From assembly GCF_009914755.1 (NCBI RefSeq), contig NC_060928.1: 64,000 bases of DNA; one strand, given 5' to 3'. Position 1 is the stretch's first letter; every line of letters starts with the position of its first letter. Source of the DNA: the human T2T-CHM13v2.0 reference genome, Homo sapiens. Shown here piece after piece: positions 30,230-46,415 of the stretch. Made by a program: the position numbers and the translations under genes. The notes beneath the pieces were generated by a model. The model was not told where the DNA came from. It saw nothing but the letters and a program-made list of their open reading frames with translations, and made no database searches.

Positions 30230-31232
30230 TTGAGAGGGAGAAATGGAAAAATCACCACTAGAACTCTACAGAAATGACTGCGCAGACAGCACCTACGGGT
30301 GGATGCTGAAATTATTGGGAGAACTAGAAAGTAAGGAAGCGTTCAAAACTCCAAAGGATGGGGTGTGTCAAAGGGACCCAGGAGCCAAGCTAGGAGAGCA
30401 CTCACTAACCAAAGCTGAAATCACTGGAACCACCACGTAGACAATAGAACATTGGACCATGACCCGAAGTATAAAATAAATATACAAGTCTATACTGGCA
30501 CAATAAACCATGGAACGAATAAATAAATAAGCACACAAGCGAGAAGTGACAGACCTTCCTTACAAATGAACTTCAGACAATGTATGTAGATGCTCCCCAG
30601 CCAGGGGAAGGAGCTCAGTCCCCACTCCTCTCCACTGAGGGTGGGACAGAGCTAGAGACTCATTTCCGAAGAACAGAATGGGGAAAGGGAAAAATAGCAA
30701 CTGTGCAGTGGAAAAACCTGGCAAACACGACATTAACTAGATGACGAAGGTTAATATCACCTGTGGTGTCATGTAGATGTCACATTCCTCTTCTTATAGT
30801 GAGGTGGGAGGGGCACTTTGTTCTGTGATGTTCTTTCCAAAAATTCCTAACTCCCACATAATCAAGGGGAAATGCCAGAAAAACCCAGGCTGGCAAATAT
30901 TCCTTAAGATTGTCAAGGTCATAAAAAACAAGGGTAGACCAAGAAGCCAGAGGCAACTAGGGAGAAATGGCAACTAAATGTAATGTGGGGTCCTGGAGAG
31001 GGTGCTAGAACAGAAACAGGCAGTAAGGAAAACATCAGCGAATTCAAATAAAGTCTGTGGTTTAGTTAATAGTATTGTACCAATGTTAATTTCTTAGTTT
31101 TTGGTACTACGGTTATGTACGATGTTAACATTGGGGTTAGGTGGGTAAAAGGTTTATTGAGACTCTGCATTACTTTTGCAAATTTTCAGTACACCTAAAA
31201 TATGTTCAAAATTAAAAGCTAAAAAAAATTAA
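30230..31232 (+). mobile_element. Old L1MC-type 3' end
   Basis: caactaaatgtaatgtggggtcctgg...tagttaatagtattgtaccaatgttaatttcttagtt. Confidence 0.7.
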
Positions 31233-34200
31233 ATTGAAACCAGAAGCCTAGTCATCAGTAACAGAAACCTTGAGAATACAAAACAATTGAGTAACAATTG
31301 CCCTTTGTTTAGAAGCTAGGAGAAAATGTTGTTTCAAATGCAACCTACTACCACATTAAATCTGCGCTCACTCAGCGTCTTGCCATAGGAAAGCTTCTAC
31401 ATCTCTTTACTAAAGCAGGCTAAAAGATTATCTGTAGTATCAATCTGTTTATTCCTGTGACAAATAGTTTATAGTCCTGTGACCAAAAGCAAAAACAAAA
31501 AATCTTGTTAATGGAAACCATGAGTGCTGTGGAAAGCTGTTCACTTGCAGTACAAGCTATAATTTTCAGAGAAGTTTGGCCACACTCACCTTCCGTGGGA
31601 AGATGAGTCATTAACCTCTTCTGATGTCTGACACTGATGTCATCCTAATTTGCTCAGACAGTATATGAAAAGATGGTACACATATTCTCAGAAATCGAAC
31701 ATGGCTTATAGGCATTTCTTCTTGTTAACAAAGTAAATTTAAAATTAAAATAGTGTCTCATATATTATTTGAACTATAGCTCAGTACATCAGTTTTTCTT
31801 GACATCTGAGAGGAGATATATGCAAAAAAATAGAACACAGAGGCTTAGTAACCAGAATATGTAATACACTCGCCAAAATCAATAAGGAAAAAGGTAAGAG
31901 AAAGGGCAACGAATAGGAACCGTGAAGCAACAGAATCAGAAAATATGAACAGCCAAAGGCCTTCCAAAAAGATATTCAACCTCCTAGTAAATCAAGGAAA
32001 ATCAAATGCAAACAACAAAGACACCATTTTCTCCTCCATCAGATTGGCACAAGAAGTTCTGACATAGTGCTGCTGGGACTGTAAATTAATAACGCCTTTC
32101 TGAAGAGCCATGTGGCATTATCTAGTAAAGTTGAGGCCACACTTACTCCTGTATCTAGCAATTTCATTCCCGGGCACTTACCTAGAGAAGCACCGTGGTC
32201 TGCTTCTGACACTTATAAATGGCTTACTCTGGTCAAGTTATTTAATCGCTTCCTGTGCTTCAGCTTCCTTGTCTGTAAAATGGAGATAACATTCGCATCT
32301 TTCCCACAGGGTTATCATGGATATTGACTGAGTTAATTTATGTAAAGCAAGGTCCTTTACAGATGGTGTCTGACCCCCCATAGTAGACACTATTAAAATG
32401 GCAGACTCCACTCTGTATCTCTGGCCCCACCCACTGTCCCCATCAGTGGAGGAGATAAAAATCTTGGCACACCACAGTCCACTGTGCCCCAGAGAAGCTC
32501 TCATATATTCGCTTGCACAAGGAGACAGGCACATGGAGATTTATTGCAGCAGTGTTTGTAATAGTAAAAAACTAGAAATAATCCAAATGTCAATTAACAA
32601 GGGTATCAATAAATGACATCAGTATTTATATAATGGAACACTATACATCTGTTTAAGAGAATGAACTAGACTTAGGTGTCTAGTTCTTGAATAATCTCAA
32701 GACCAATGTTAAGTGAGATAAAAAACAAGCTGCAGATGGATGCATGCACTATAAAATGTTAACATGTAAACACGCAGCACAATACTCTATAATAGTAGTA
32801 CAAACACCATGAAAATTATAAATACCAGAATTAGAATTGGGGGCTTCTCTATAATAATTGCACAAACATTATGAAAATAATAAACACCAAAATTAGAAAT
32901 GGGGGCTTCAACTTTGTCTATAATGTTCTATTTACTTTAAAAAACAACTGAAGTGTGGTGTGTAGGTATATATATGTGTGTGTATATATGTGTGTGTATA
33001 CACACATATATATACCTACACACATATAAATATATTAAAAATGTTACCATTTCACAAACGTGAGGGTTGGTTCATTGATGTTGTTAATACTATGTGCTCT
33101 GATTTTCTATAGGCCAGAAACATATTATAATTTTATTTTTAAAAAATCAGCAGGCCTTGGAGATTAATTGAACATGTGGGTGGTAAGGGAGAGGAAATGG
33201 TATTGGGTGACTCCCAAGGTTCTGCCTTAAATGACAGAGTGGTACCATTTGTCAAGATCAGGACTCTAGAAGACCTGCCATCTTTAAGCAATCACTTCAT
33301 CATACAAATCAGAAAAAGGAGGGACGTTAACCTAATTCAAACCATAATCCAAGGTAACAAAGGAACTGTATCTTCAAACTAGAACTGGGGAAGTGATCTC
33401 AGCACAGCCGTCAAGAATGAGCAATTCTGAGTCCTGGCTCAAAGTCTCTGGTACAAATGACCTAATGTTCTTTCTTTATGTCTTTGGCAGATAAATAAAA
33501 ATCATTAAGTATGTAGAGGGAAGTAAGATGGATTATTTAATAATTATAAGAGAGTTGAAATGTAAAAACTCATTTAAAACCAATAAAAACTGCTTAGTGA
33601 TTTGTAAAGAAAACTGGAAAAAAATGGTTAGTCAAAGGAATATGTTTGAGTTGACATTAAAATGTGCAATGTGAAGGAACAATGTAGTAGCATGTAAACT
33701 GAAAATGCCTGGACAAAGAATTGCCGCATCTTGGTTGCTCCTGGACTGCAGTGAAGTCCCTTATTTCATTTCTGATAGTAATAATTTGTGCCCTCTTTCT
33801 TTTTTTTCATAGTTAACCTGGCTAGAGGCTTATTAATTTTGTTGATCTTTCCAAAGAACCAGTTTTTTGCTTTATTGGTCTTCTCTATTATAAATTTCTT
33901 ATTTTCCATTTCATTGATTTCTGCCTTTAATTCTTATGATTTCTTTACTTCTGCTTATTTCGAATTTAATTTGCTCTTTTTCTTCCCTAATTTCCTAAAA
34001 TGAAAACTTAGACAATTGATTTTAGATCTTTCTTCTTTCCTAGTATATTCATTAAATTTCCCTCTAAGGACTGTTTTGCTGCATCCCACGAATTTTGATA
34101 AGTCATGTTCTCCTTTTCATTTAGTTCAAAACATTTTGAAATTTCTCCTGAGATATCTTCATTGACTCATGTGTTATTTAGAAGTGTGTTAATGTCCACA

Positions 34201-35256
34201 TATTTGGAAATTTACCAATTATCTGAATGTTATTGAGTTTTAGTTTAATTCCATTGGATCTGTGAGCAGACATTGTATGATTTCTATTTGTTCAAATTTG
34301 TTATGCTTTGTTTTAGGGCCCAGAACGTGATTTATCTTGCTGAATGTTCTATGTAACCTTGAGAAGAATGGACATTCTGCTGGTGTTGGATGAAGTAGCC
34401 TATACATATATTCAATTGATTGATGATATCAAGTATGTCATCTTTATTGATTTTTTGCCTGTTGGATCTGTCCATTTATGATAGAGGGGTGTTAAAGTCT
34501 CCACCCATGATAGTGAATTTATCTATTTCTCCTTACAGTTCTATCAGCTTTTGTCTCGCATAGTTTGGTACCCTGTTGTTAGATGTATGTATGCTTAAGA
34601 TTGTTATGTATTCTTTTAAAATTGACCCTATACAATGCCTTCTTTGTCTTTGATATAGCTACCCGGCTTTCTTTTGATTTGTTAGCATGATACACTTTTC
34701 TCCATTCACTTAATTTTAATTTATATATGTCTTTATCTTTAAAGTGGGTTTCTTGTGGACAATATAGAGATGGTCTTGTTTACTAACACCACTCTGTGTC
34801 TGTCTTTTATTTGGTGGATTTGGATCATTGATGTTTAAAGTGATATTTTTATAGAGTTGGATTAATGTCTACCATATTGGTTACTGTTTTCTGTTAATAT
34901 TTGTTGCCCTTGTTCTTTGTTCCTATTTTTTTTGTTCACTCTTTTCCTGCCTTTTGTAGTTTTAGTTGAACATTTTATATGACTGTATTTACTCTCCTTT
35001 CTTAGCATATCATCTATACTTCTTTTTTTACTTCTTTTAGTGGTTGCCCTAGACTTTACAATATACACTTAGGCTGAATCCAAGTCCACTTTCAAATAAC
35101 AGTATTCCACTTCATGGGGCATGTGACTACCTTATTATAACAAAATAATCCAAATTCCTCGTTCCTGTTTCTGGTTTCATTGCTTTTATTAATTCTACTT
35201 ATATATAAATTGCATAATAATATATATGTATATGTACACATATAAGATATTCATAA

Positions 35257-35744
<488 letters not shown>

Positions 35745-37469
35745 TAAAGAACTTCTTTTAACAGTTTTGCAAAGCAGGTCGACTGGCAAAAAAACTTCTC
35801 AATTTTTGTTTGTCTGAGAAAGTCTTTATTACTCTTTCACTTTTGAAGGATAATTTCACAGGGTACAGAATTCTAGCTTTTTTTTTCCTCTCTCTCTCAA
35901 CACTAAATATTTCACTCCACTCTTTTTGCTTGCATGATTTCTGAGGAGAAGTCCAATGTCATTCTTATCTTTGTTTTTCTATAGGTTAGGTGTATTTTTC
36001 CTCTGGCTTCTTTCAGACTGTTTTCTTTATGTTTAAATTTTTGTGGTTTGAAAATGATATGCCTATATATAGGGTGTTTTTTTGGCATTTTTACTGTTTG
36101 GTGTTCTCTGGGATTGCTAGGATTTGTTGTTTGGATCTGACATTCATTTGGCGGAAATTTTCCATCATTACTGTTTCAAATATTTCTTCTGTTCCTTCTT
36201 TCTTATCTTTCTGATATGCTCATTACACACATGTTAAAACTCTGGTAGTTGTTCCACGGTTCTGGGATACTTTATTCTGCTTTTTTCAGTCTTGATTCTC
36301 TTTGTTTTTCAGTTTTGGAGGTTTCTATTAAGTTATCCTCAAGCTCAGAAATTCTTTTCTCAGCCATGTTCAGTCTACCAATAAGCCCATCAAAGGGATT
36401 CTTCATTTCTGTTAGAGTGCTTGTGATCTCTATAATTTTTTTTAAATCTTCTTTAGGATTTTCATCTCTCTGCTTACATCGCCCATCTGTTCTTGCATGC
36501 TGTCTACTTTATTCATTACGGTCCTTAGCAAATTCATCATATTGTTCTAAATTTTCAATCTGAGAATTCCAACATCCCTGCCACGCCTGGTTCTGATGCT
36601 TACTCTATCTTTTCAAGTTGTGTCTTTTGCCTTTTAGTAGGCCTTGTAATTTTTTCTTAATAGCCAGACATGGTAGCAGGTAAAAGAAGCTGCTGTAAAC
36701 AGCCCTTTAGTAATGTTGTGGTGAGGTGTGTATGTGTGGAGGAAATGTTCTATAGACCTAAGATAAGGTCTCAGTCCTTTAGTAAGCCTATGCTTTGGAC
36801 TGTGTTTCTCCATTTTTTTCTTCCCCCGTAGGTGGGACAGGATGGCTAGAGTGGGTTGGAGTTCAGTATTGTTTTCTCCTATGTGGAAAGCTAGAGCCGA
36901 CTGAAGTTGATTGTTTCCCTTCCTCCAGGTCAGTTAGGCTCTGGTCGTACCCCAGCAGGTGAGGGTCTGGTTAAGTAGTTTCCCCTGAGGCCAGGCCTTG
37001 TGAAGAAGAACAGAGTGCTCTGGCATATTTCAAAATGGTACCTTTTCCTTTCCTTCTGCCAGAGAACGAGAGGATTTTTCTCCATTATCTACTGTGAGAA
37101 CTTGGTAGGGCTCTTGGAGGTAAAATTCATGAAAGTGGCTGGGGGCATGGTCACCTGATGACTGGGTCTGCTTGCGGTTTTTAACTCCTAGCTTGTCCAC
37201 ACTGAGTCTCCAACATTTGTCAATTACAGTTCATATTTCCCTACCACAAAACCAGTTCCCAAGGTGGTCTCTGCTCATGAGTCTACTCTCGTAAGCTGTA
37301 ACTCCCTGTATTTCCTATCTGTCTCTCCAATCTTGGGGGCAGCCATTTGCCCTGTGTCCTCAGCTAGCTTATGGATCCAAGAAGAGTTGCTGATTTTTTA
37401 TTCTGTTCAGGTTTTCAGTTGTTGTTAGGATAAAGTGGATACAGTCATGATTTCTTTTCTTTCTTCTTC

Positions 37470-37799
37470 TTGTTTTTTGTTTGTTTGTTTGTTTGTTTGT
37501 TTGTTTGTTTGTTTTGGGACAGGGTCTCACTCTGTCACCCAGGCTGGAGTGCAGTACATGATCATAGCTCACTGCAGCCTCAGACTTCCAGTCTCCAGAA
37601 CTCTTCTCACCTCAGCCTCCCAAGTAGCTAGGACTGTAGGCACAAACCATCATGCCAAGCTAACTTCTTTTCAATTTTTTGTAGAGATGAGGTCTCACTA
37701 TGTTGCCCAGGCTGGTCTCAAACCCCAGAGCTCAAGCAATCCTCCCACCTCGGTCTCCCAAAGTGTTGGGATTACAGGCATGAGCCACTGCACCTGGTC
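37470..37799 (-). mobile_element. AluJ
   Basis: gacagggtctcac, tcatagctcactgcagcctc, ctcaagcaatcctcc. Confidence 0.9.
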
Positions 37800-39485
37800 A
37801 GAGTGGTGATTTCTAAGTTCTGTACATGCAGAACTGGAAACCAGAAGTACCTTCAGAGCTTTTTGAATTCCAGAATTATGGTGGATAGGAGCATAAACTT
37901 TGTGCTTAGAAGATTCTAAATGGATCAGGTAAGGATATATACTTTGCTATTAGTCCATAGGGCTTGGTTAGGCCTTGTCTATGTAAAGCATGGTTAGAAA
38001 GGGCAGGCCCTGCCTATATCCCAATGAGATGCCATGTCATGGGAAACTAAGAAGGTAAGAATGCCTAGAAACAAGTACAGAAAAGGAAGGAGTTGCTAAT
38101 CTGGAAAACAATAAACATGTACGTGGCTGTCAGGACAAAATTACCAACTATCTTTGTTTTGTAGGATATTCATTTAATTCTCAGTGACAGGCATTTGGCC
38201 ACTCTTAAGACAGGCCAATCCCCTTCTAAGTATTCTCTGCCATGTAGGCATGCTCAGCCTTGAACCCCTACTGCAGAGAAAATTCTATGGTAGCCATTTT
38301 GTGTTACTTGGCTATTTTCTGGGGGCTTAGCCACAGCTGATTGGGTAAGGGTGGGCCACTGATCCAAGAGTAGCCAATCCAACAGTGTGAGAAGGATAGG
38401 ATCCTCATAGGATCCCATGAGCCATCACCATCAAATTCTCTCTTCTGGGAACTGGAACTTGGATCCATGTTAGACATAAAGACATATGTGAGCTGAAACC
38501 GCAAAGAAGCAGAAACCACAAATAAGCAGAGGAATTAAGATGGCAGAGAGGAGCAAATGAAGAAAGAGAAACAGATGTACGTGGAGAGACTGTCTATAAC
38601 CTAGAGAAGAAGGGTGCAGCCAGGACTACTTTTGCCTTGGATCTTTGCCGACTCCATTTCTAGCCCATGTCATTTTTTCAGTAAATCTCCTTTTTCATGA
38701 GGGGGTCTGAGTGAGACTCTGATCTTTCTACCACCACCACATACTAAGGCTAGTAGCTGCCAAGCCACACAAAGTACCTCTTTCCTCTCCAGGGTTTCAC
38801 CAGTGGATTCCAGAAAGCGGGCTCCAGTTTCCTTCCTTGAGAAACTTTAAGGTTGTCAATTATACATCTGCTTGAATTGATTCAAGTGGAGCCGGAAGTG
38901 GCCCACATCACCTACAAATACACTCTCTAGGCCCATGTTTATTCAGCCAAAAGAGTTTGGTCTTGATTTGACCCAAGCTGTCCCCTGATTGCAAGAGGCT
39001 GGACCATAACATCTAGTTATTGGGAGCCTATCCTCTGAAGATATACACGGATTGAAGCAATTTGCAAATACAAATTTATTACAGAGACAGTTTATTGTAT
39101 TGGAAATAGTGACTGTTTTTAAACACCAAATGCTGTCATTATGTAAAATTTGTGCAACACTCTCAGATCTTAAGTTATAAAAGAGCTAGATACATACATC
39201 ACAGAGAATATATATTCCAACTCAATGTGTACTACTAGCAACTGAAGTTTAATTTTAAATTGGGTTATAGAAAAATCCAGTATAGTAAATAAAACTTTTT
39301 AAAAGTCTAATGGCGATGTCATTTCCAGGAATGTAATGAATTAAATACCAAGACTGACCTGCTGGCTAAAACAACTAAAATGCTCAGTGGTTTCTTTAAG
39401 ATAATTGTTATATGCATTAATAAGCTGTCAATAAAGAAAACAATCATTGGAGGCTGAAATCAAGTGAACACAAGAAACCAGAGTG

Positions 39486-39790
39486 GGCCGGGTGCGGTGG
39501 CTCATGCCTGCAATCCCAGCACTTTGGGAGGCCAAGGCAGGCGGATCATGAGGTCAGGAGATCAAGCCCATCCTGGCCAACATTATGAAACCCCATCTCT
39601 ACTAAATATACAAAAATTAGGTGGGTGTGGTGGCATGTGCCTGTAATCCCAGCTACTCGGGAGGCTGAGGCAGGAGAATCACTTAAACCAGGGAGTCAGA
39701 GGTTGCAGTGAGCTGAGATTGCGCCACTGCACTCCAGCCTGATGACAGAGTGAGATTCCGTCTCAAAAAAAAAAAGAAAAGAAAAGAGAA
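39486..39790 (+). mobile_element. AluSc-like
   Basis: ggatcatgaggtcaggagatc. TSD aagaaaccagagtg on both sides. Confidence 0.9.
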
Positions 39791-40208
39791 GAAACCAGAG
39801 TGATCAGAGCACTAACAACAGTTCTCAACCGGAAAACACTTGTCAAGCTGATCACCTAGAGGTTTGCTTTTTAAAGTTTCACTCCTGGCAGGGAACAAGA
39901 GACAAATCCTAGGCCAGATAAAGATGGGGGATCTTATAAAATCATAAAGGTAGCATTCTAGAAATCATCACCACCAAAAAGGGGGACACACACACACACA
40001 CACACACCTCACACCATCATCAACAACAGTCACCATGAGAAGACAAGAAAGGAAAACCACCTGCCTTAACGTGGAATGACTGGATGCCTGAGGGATGAAA
40101 AGTCCCCTGAGAATTCCAAATCACAAGCCAGCTCTCAGGTGAGTTTGAACCCCAATTCACATTACCATGTTGTCAAATAAACCTCAGGAGGAGAATGTGG
40201 CTTCAGAT

Positions 40209-40551
40209 CAGTGGTCTCCAATCTTTTTGGCGTCAGGGACCAGTTTCATGGAAGACAATTTTTCCATGGCCCAGGATGGGCGTAGGGATGGCTTGGGATA
40301 AAACTGTTCCACCTCAGATCATCAGGCATTAGTTAGATTCTCATAAGGAGCTCTCAACTTAGATCCTTCACATATGCAGTTCACAATAGGGTCCGCACTC
40401 TTATGAGAATCTAATGCTGCTGCTGATCTGATAGGAGGCGGCGGTCAGGCAGTAATGCTACTTGCCCACCACTCACCTCCTTCTGTGTGGCCTCGTTCCT
40501 AACAGGCCATGGATGGGTACTGGTCCACGGCCCAGGGACTGGGCACCCCTG
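40209..40551 (+). mobile_element. MER1B (hAT-Charlie) with degraded 8-bp TSD
   Basis: cagtggtctccaa...cacccctg; TSD cttcagat / ccttagat. Confidence 0.85.
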
Positions 40552-40810
40552 CCTTAGATTACCCTTAGGTGATGGTCCCACATGTGCCTGCCTTCCCTGA
40601 AGAAATTCACCTTGAACTTGAGACCCAAAGAATCCTCACACATAAAATTCCAAGGAATAGGAGCCTAAACACACACACACACACATACACACACACATAC
40701 ACATACACACACACAAACAAACAGCCCAAAAGGAAACAAGGAATTTCACTGAAGAGTGGTAGGCATAATAAATAGAATTATCAAAAGTTGGAATTATTGG
40801 TCACTCAATA

Positions 40811-41666
<856 letters not shown>

Positions 41667-41669
41667 TAT

Positions 41670-43740
41670 AAAATACATATATTTGATATGCTTAAGAAAT
41701 AAAAGAGCAGGTAAAAATATGAGTAAGTGGTTAAAAAAAACTGTTTAAAGCTGAAGCATATACTTTAAAAATAAAAATTCCAAAACTGAAAAGTAAAATA
41801 AACACAATAAACACAAAGCTAAATAAGGCATTAATAAACTGGAAGATAGGTCTGAGAAAATTATGCAGAATATAGTACAGACAGACAAAGAGAAAGAAAA
41901 TATGAAAGAAAGGTTGGGAAACTTGGAGGATAGACTGACAACATCTAACAAACATTTAAGCAAAATTGCTAATGTAGAGGAGAAAGTAGTAAAGTAATAT
42001 ACAAAGAGATGAAAGCTAAGAATTTCCCAGAAAGGATGAAGGACAACTGTCTAATTCAGGAAGCTCAATACATTCCAAACAGGAGAAATGAAAAGTAATA
42101 CTCATCCAGGCAGATCACAGTGAAATTGCAGAACATCAAAGACAAAAAGAAAAATTGTAAAAGCAGACATAGTGAAATAAGAGATTACTCAGCAGGACCA
42201 AAAGTTAACATAACAAATTATTACTCAATAGCAACAAGGGAAGCCAGAAGGCAATGGAGCAATATCTTCAAGGTGCTAAATAAAAAATAATTATGAACCT
42301 AGAATTGTGTGCTCAGGGAAAATAACTTTGAAGATTAGAACAAAATAAAAGTTTTTTTTTTTTTTTTAATCTTTCGTTTCGGGGTAAATGTGCAGGTTTG
42401 ATCTAAAGGTAAATTGCGTGCCACAGGGGTTTGTTGTACAGATTATTTCATCACGTAGGTAATAAGCACAGTACCCGATAGGTAGCTTTTCAATCCTCTC
42501 CCTTCACCCACCCTCCACCCTCAAGTAGGCCCTGGAAAAAGTATTTTTAAACAGACTGAAAGAGTTTGCCTCATAGATCCTCATTAAAAAGAAATTCTAA
42601 AGGATGTGCTTTAGGCATGAGCCAAGTTAGCCCAGTTAGGAAGTTTAAGATGCAAAAAGAAATTTTAAAAAATGTTAAATATGCTACCAAATCAAAAGAA
42701 ATATCAGTTAAAACAATATTAATAATAAGGTTCCATGGAATCAAAAATTGAAATAAAATACACTACAATAATTGCATATAAATTGAAAAAGACCTAGTCA
42801 TTGTTTTCTCAATTGAAAACTTTACATTAAATTTTGTAAGTAAATGTATAACTTAAAGGTAGTAGGAAAAAGAAGAAAGTGAGCAAAAATAATCAATCCA
42901 AAATAAGACAAAAAGGAAAGAAAAAAAATAGAAAAGATTGAACAATAGTAAGGGCAAAACATGATGAGAGAAATAAATGCAGATGTATTATTACTTATAA
43001 CCAATGCTAGGACTAAATCCACCCTTTTGAAGACAAAGATTACGGAATTGGATATTTTAAATGCAACTATATGTAGTTAGAATGAATAAGATCTAGTATT
43101 TGATAGCACAAGGGTTGACTACAGTCTTATAAATAACTTAAAAGGTATAATTGGATTGTTTTTAACACAAGAAATGACAAATGCTTGAGACAATGGGTAC
43201 CTCAGTTACCCTGATGCGATGAATACCTCATGTACCTCATAAACTTATGTACCTACTATGTACCCCAAATTAAAATTTTTTTAAATGCAACTATATGCCA
43301 CTTATAAGTATTGTTTAAAATGTAAGGCTATGTTGGTAACATTGAAAATAAAAAGGTAGGAAAAGCCACAGCATATAGATTCTAAACAAAAGTCAACAGG
43401 CATGGCTATATGAACATCTGGCAAAATAGAGTTTAAGGAAAAATCATAACTAGAGATAAGGAGAAGCCGTAATGAAAAGACGAGATTTCAGAACACCTCT
43501 CCAAGTAATTGATAGTTCAAAATCATTGAAGATGCATATTTTAACAGCATAATCAACAGGAATAATCTTATGGATAGATACTGAACATTGCACCAAATGC
43601 ACAGATAATTCATATTTTTTCCAAGTATACATGGAATAGCTATGAAAAATAGACCATAAAATAACAAATTTCAAAATTGGTATCATACAACCAATATCCT
43701 CTGGTCATAGCTAATTAAGTTTTAAATCAACATTAAAAGG
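41670..43740 (+). mobile_element. Old L1M ORF1/ORF2 region with nested L1PA15/16-like (42352-42533, -) and L1MA (43075-43280, +) 3' fragments
   Basis: ORF1 remnants (gaagccagaaggcaatggagcaatatcttcaagg) and recognisable 3'UTR fragments. Confidence 0.7.
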
Positions 43741-44436
43741 TAAGTATATAATTACTTTTCTAATAATAACATAAAGATCTGTCATACGCAGCATTAAACT
43801 AAAGTCATTCCACGTCATCCTTACTGAGTTCTCTCTGTGGTCCCTGTGTTCCTAAGTTGGCTATTTGGCATCGTGGCTGATTTTTGTGCATACAGCCTTA
43901 ATTAGACGCACATGATTACCATATTAGACATTTTACCTCATTGGAAGCAACCTCTTTAGTACAGAAGTCGCATATTGTACACTCTGAGGTGTCAGGAGCA
44001 TATCTGGTGACCGGGAACCCAGAACTCTCTAACAGAGAAAATGAATCCTCATTCCCAGTTTGGAGCAATCTTAGATGACATTTGGTTTGAACACGCCTTG
44101 TCTAGGTAAGCAATGCCCACCGTTTTAGATCCTACATGCAGCACTTAGAGACTTCGAATTTTGGAGATTCTATGTTTTTACATAGTGTCAGTTCTGATCA
44201 CTTATTGGCCTTTCTTTCCACGAAGTAGGCTTCAAAGATAGAGAAGATTGTTTAAAATGTTACAGCGTCGATGGCTGGGTTAAAAAAAAAAAAAAAAAGA
44301 CCTTGGTCTGAATGGCACTTGTTACTATGGAAGTATGAGCCCTGAAGATGCTGGGGAAAATTGTCCATTGAGGTCTGCACGGAGCACAAGGGCAGGCATG
44401 ATCCCCTTCATTTTCGACCTGTTAGGTCAGCCCTGA

Positions 44437-44741
<305 letters not shown>

Positions 44742-44820
44742 TGGATACTGTTGTTAAACACAGTGTTTTCCTCCATCTATACCCACAAACGTGCAAAATG
44801 GCCTCAGTTCTTCAAAGAGC

Positions 44821-44839
44821 TGTCTCCCTCTAGTGGCCA
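44821..44839 (-). promoter_or_regulatory. Candidate CTCF site (reverse)
   Basis: Minus strand TGGCCACTAGAGGGAGACA. Confidence 0.5.
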
Positions 44840-45060
44840 AAGATTAAAAAAAAAAAGAACCCTGCAAGGGACTGGAGTCACTAAGGACATAAAACCTTTA
44901 CACCTTTGCAGGGAATATAGAAAGAGTCCTTGAATTTGGAGGTATCACTGTAGCATATAATTTCATAAGTCCCCTCATTATGAATCTGGGAAGGATTATG
45001 TCAATTTCAAAGGGTTACTGTGAGAACTAATCTGAGTATCACTAAATGAGATCAGCAACG

Positions 45061-45120
45061 AGGTGTTGAGACGTTACAACTGGGAGGTTGGCAAGGTGTT
45101 GAGACGTCACAACTGGGAGG
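45061..45120. repeat. 33-bp-period tandem duplication
   Basis: aggtgttgagacgt(t/c)acaactgggagg at 45061 and 45094. Confidence 0.9.
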
Positions 45121-45294
45121 CTTACTCGCTAGTACCTTACTGGCTTTGGCACAAGCGTTTAGAAGTAAAACGGCGAGCAATGACAAATCATGCACCTTCA
45201 TTGTCACTCCCAGATAGCTGAAGACATGGACTTCAGCTGTTGAGACCATAAATGTCAAAGGTATCCTGACAAACTGGAGCTGCCCCGTGGTAGA

Positions 45295-45927
45295 CGTAAC
45301 GATATGGCTCCCATGACTGGAGGAACACCAGGGTCCTTAGTCTCGCGCCAGTTTGAATAAAACGACGCGGACACATGTGGAGTGGTTTTAAGGAGTGGAG
45401 AATTTAATAGGCAAGAAAGAAGGAAGAGGCTCCCCCTGTACAGAGACAGATGGAGGGATCTCCAAGCCGAAAGAGGGAACCCTGGGTGTGGTGGAAAACC
45501 CCCAGTTATATGAGGAGGCTGGAGGAGGCGGTGTCTGATTTGCATAGGGCTCAGGGATTGGTTTCACTAGGCATGTCATTCACATAGCCCAGTGGAAAAA
45601 ACTGGCCTTCCCATCCTAGTCCTTTGATATGCAAATGCAGGGCCCCCTGATGTTCTACACACGTAGGTATATGTGGGGGCGGCCATGTTGCCAGGCACAT
45701 AGGGGGCAAGAAGAAGACAGTGGGAATTGCCATGTTTGGGTGGACCCAGTTTCTAACAGCTGGCATTTGTGTATCAAAGCTTGCCCCCCAACTCCCATAC
45801 TAAGAGTTGGGGCTTTCCTGCTAGACAAGAAATGTTTCTGGAGCTGCTTTAAAAGGAAAAAAAAAAAACTTCCCAAGGACCCCTCTTCCTCTCTGCCTAA
45901 AATAATTTCTTAATAACTCCTAAAACA
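45295..45927 (-). mobile_element. ERV1 solo LTR (LTR9/MER61 group)
   Basis: Minus strand starts tgttttaggagttattaagaaattattttaggcagagaggaagaggggtccttgggaag. Confidence 0.7.
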
Positions 45928-46415
45928 ATTATGGCCCCTCAAAAGTGTTCACGTCCTATCCCTAGAGCCTGTAGATGAAGTAGGTTCCATGAAAAGGGAG
46001 AATTAAAGTAGCAGATGGAATTAAAGTTGCCATAGGATTATCCTGGATTATTGGGGTCCATCCAGGGGAATCACAAGGGCCCTGAATGTGGAAGAGGGAA
46101 GGAGAAGAGGAGGTCAGAGCAATGTGTCATGAAAAGAACTGGAAGAGCTTGCACAGCTGCTGCTGTCTGGTGCTGTCTGGTGGGAAAGGGAGAGGATCAC
46201 AAGCCAAGGCACGTGGGCAGCTGGAGGGGTCAAGGAAAAGGATTCTCCCCTAGAGCCCCCAGAAAGAAACCCAGCCCTGCCAACACTTTTACTTCAGTCC
46301 TGGGAGACCCGTTTCAGACTTGTGACAACCCAGAGTGTAAGATAATACATTTGTGTTGTTTTGAGCTGCTCAATTTCTGATACATTTCTAAGAACAGCAA
46401 TAGGAAACTTTATGC
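45928..46415 (+). mobile_element. MLT1D-like MaLR LTR (first ~9 bp displaced to 45286-45294 by the LTR insertion)
   Basis: tggcccctcaaaagtgttcacgtcct...gcagatggaattaaagttgc...acagcaataggaaact. Confidence 0.78.
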
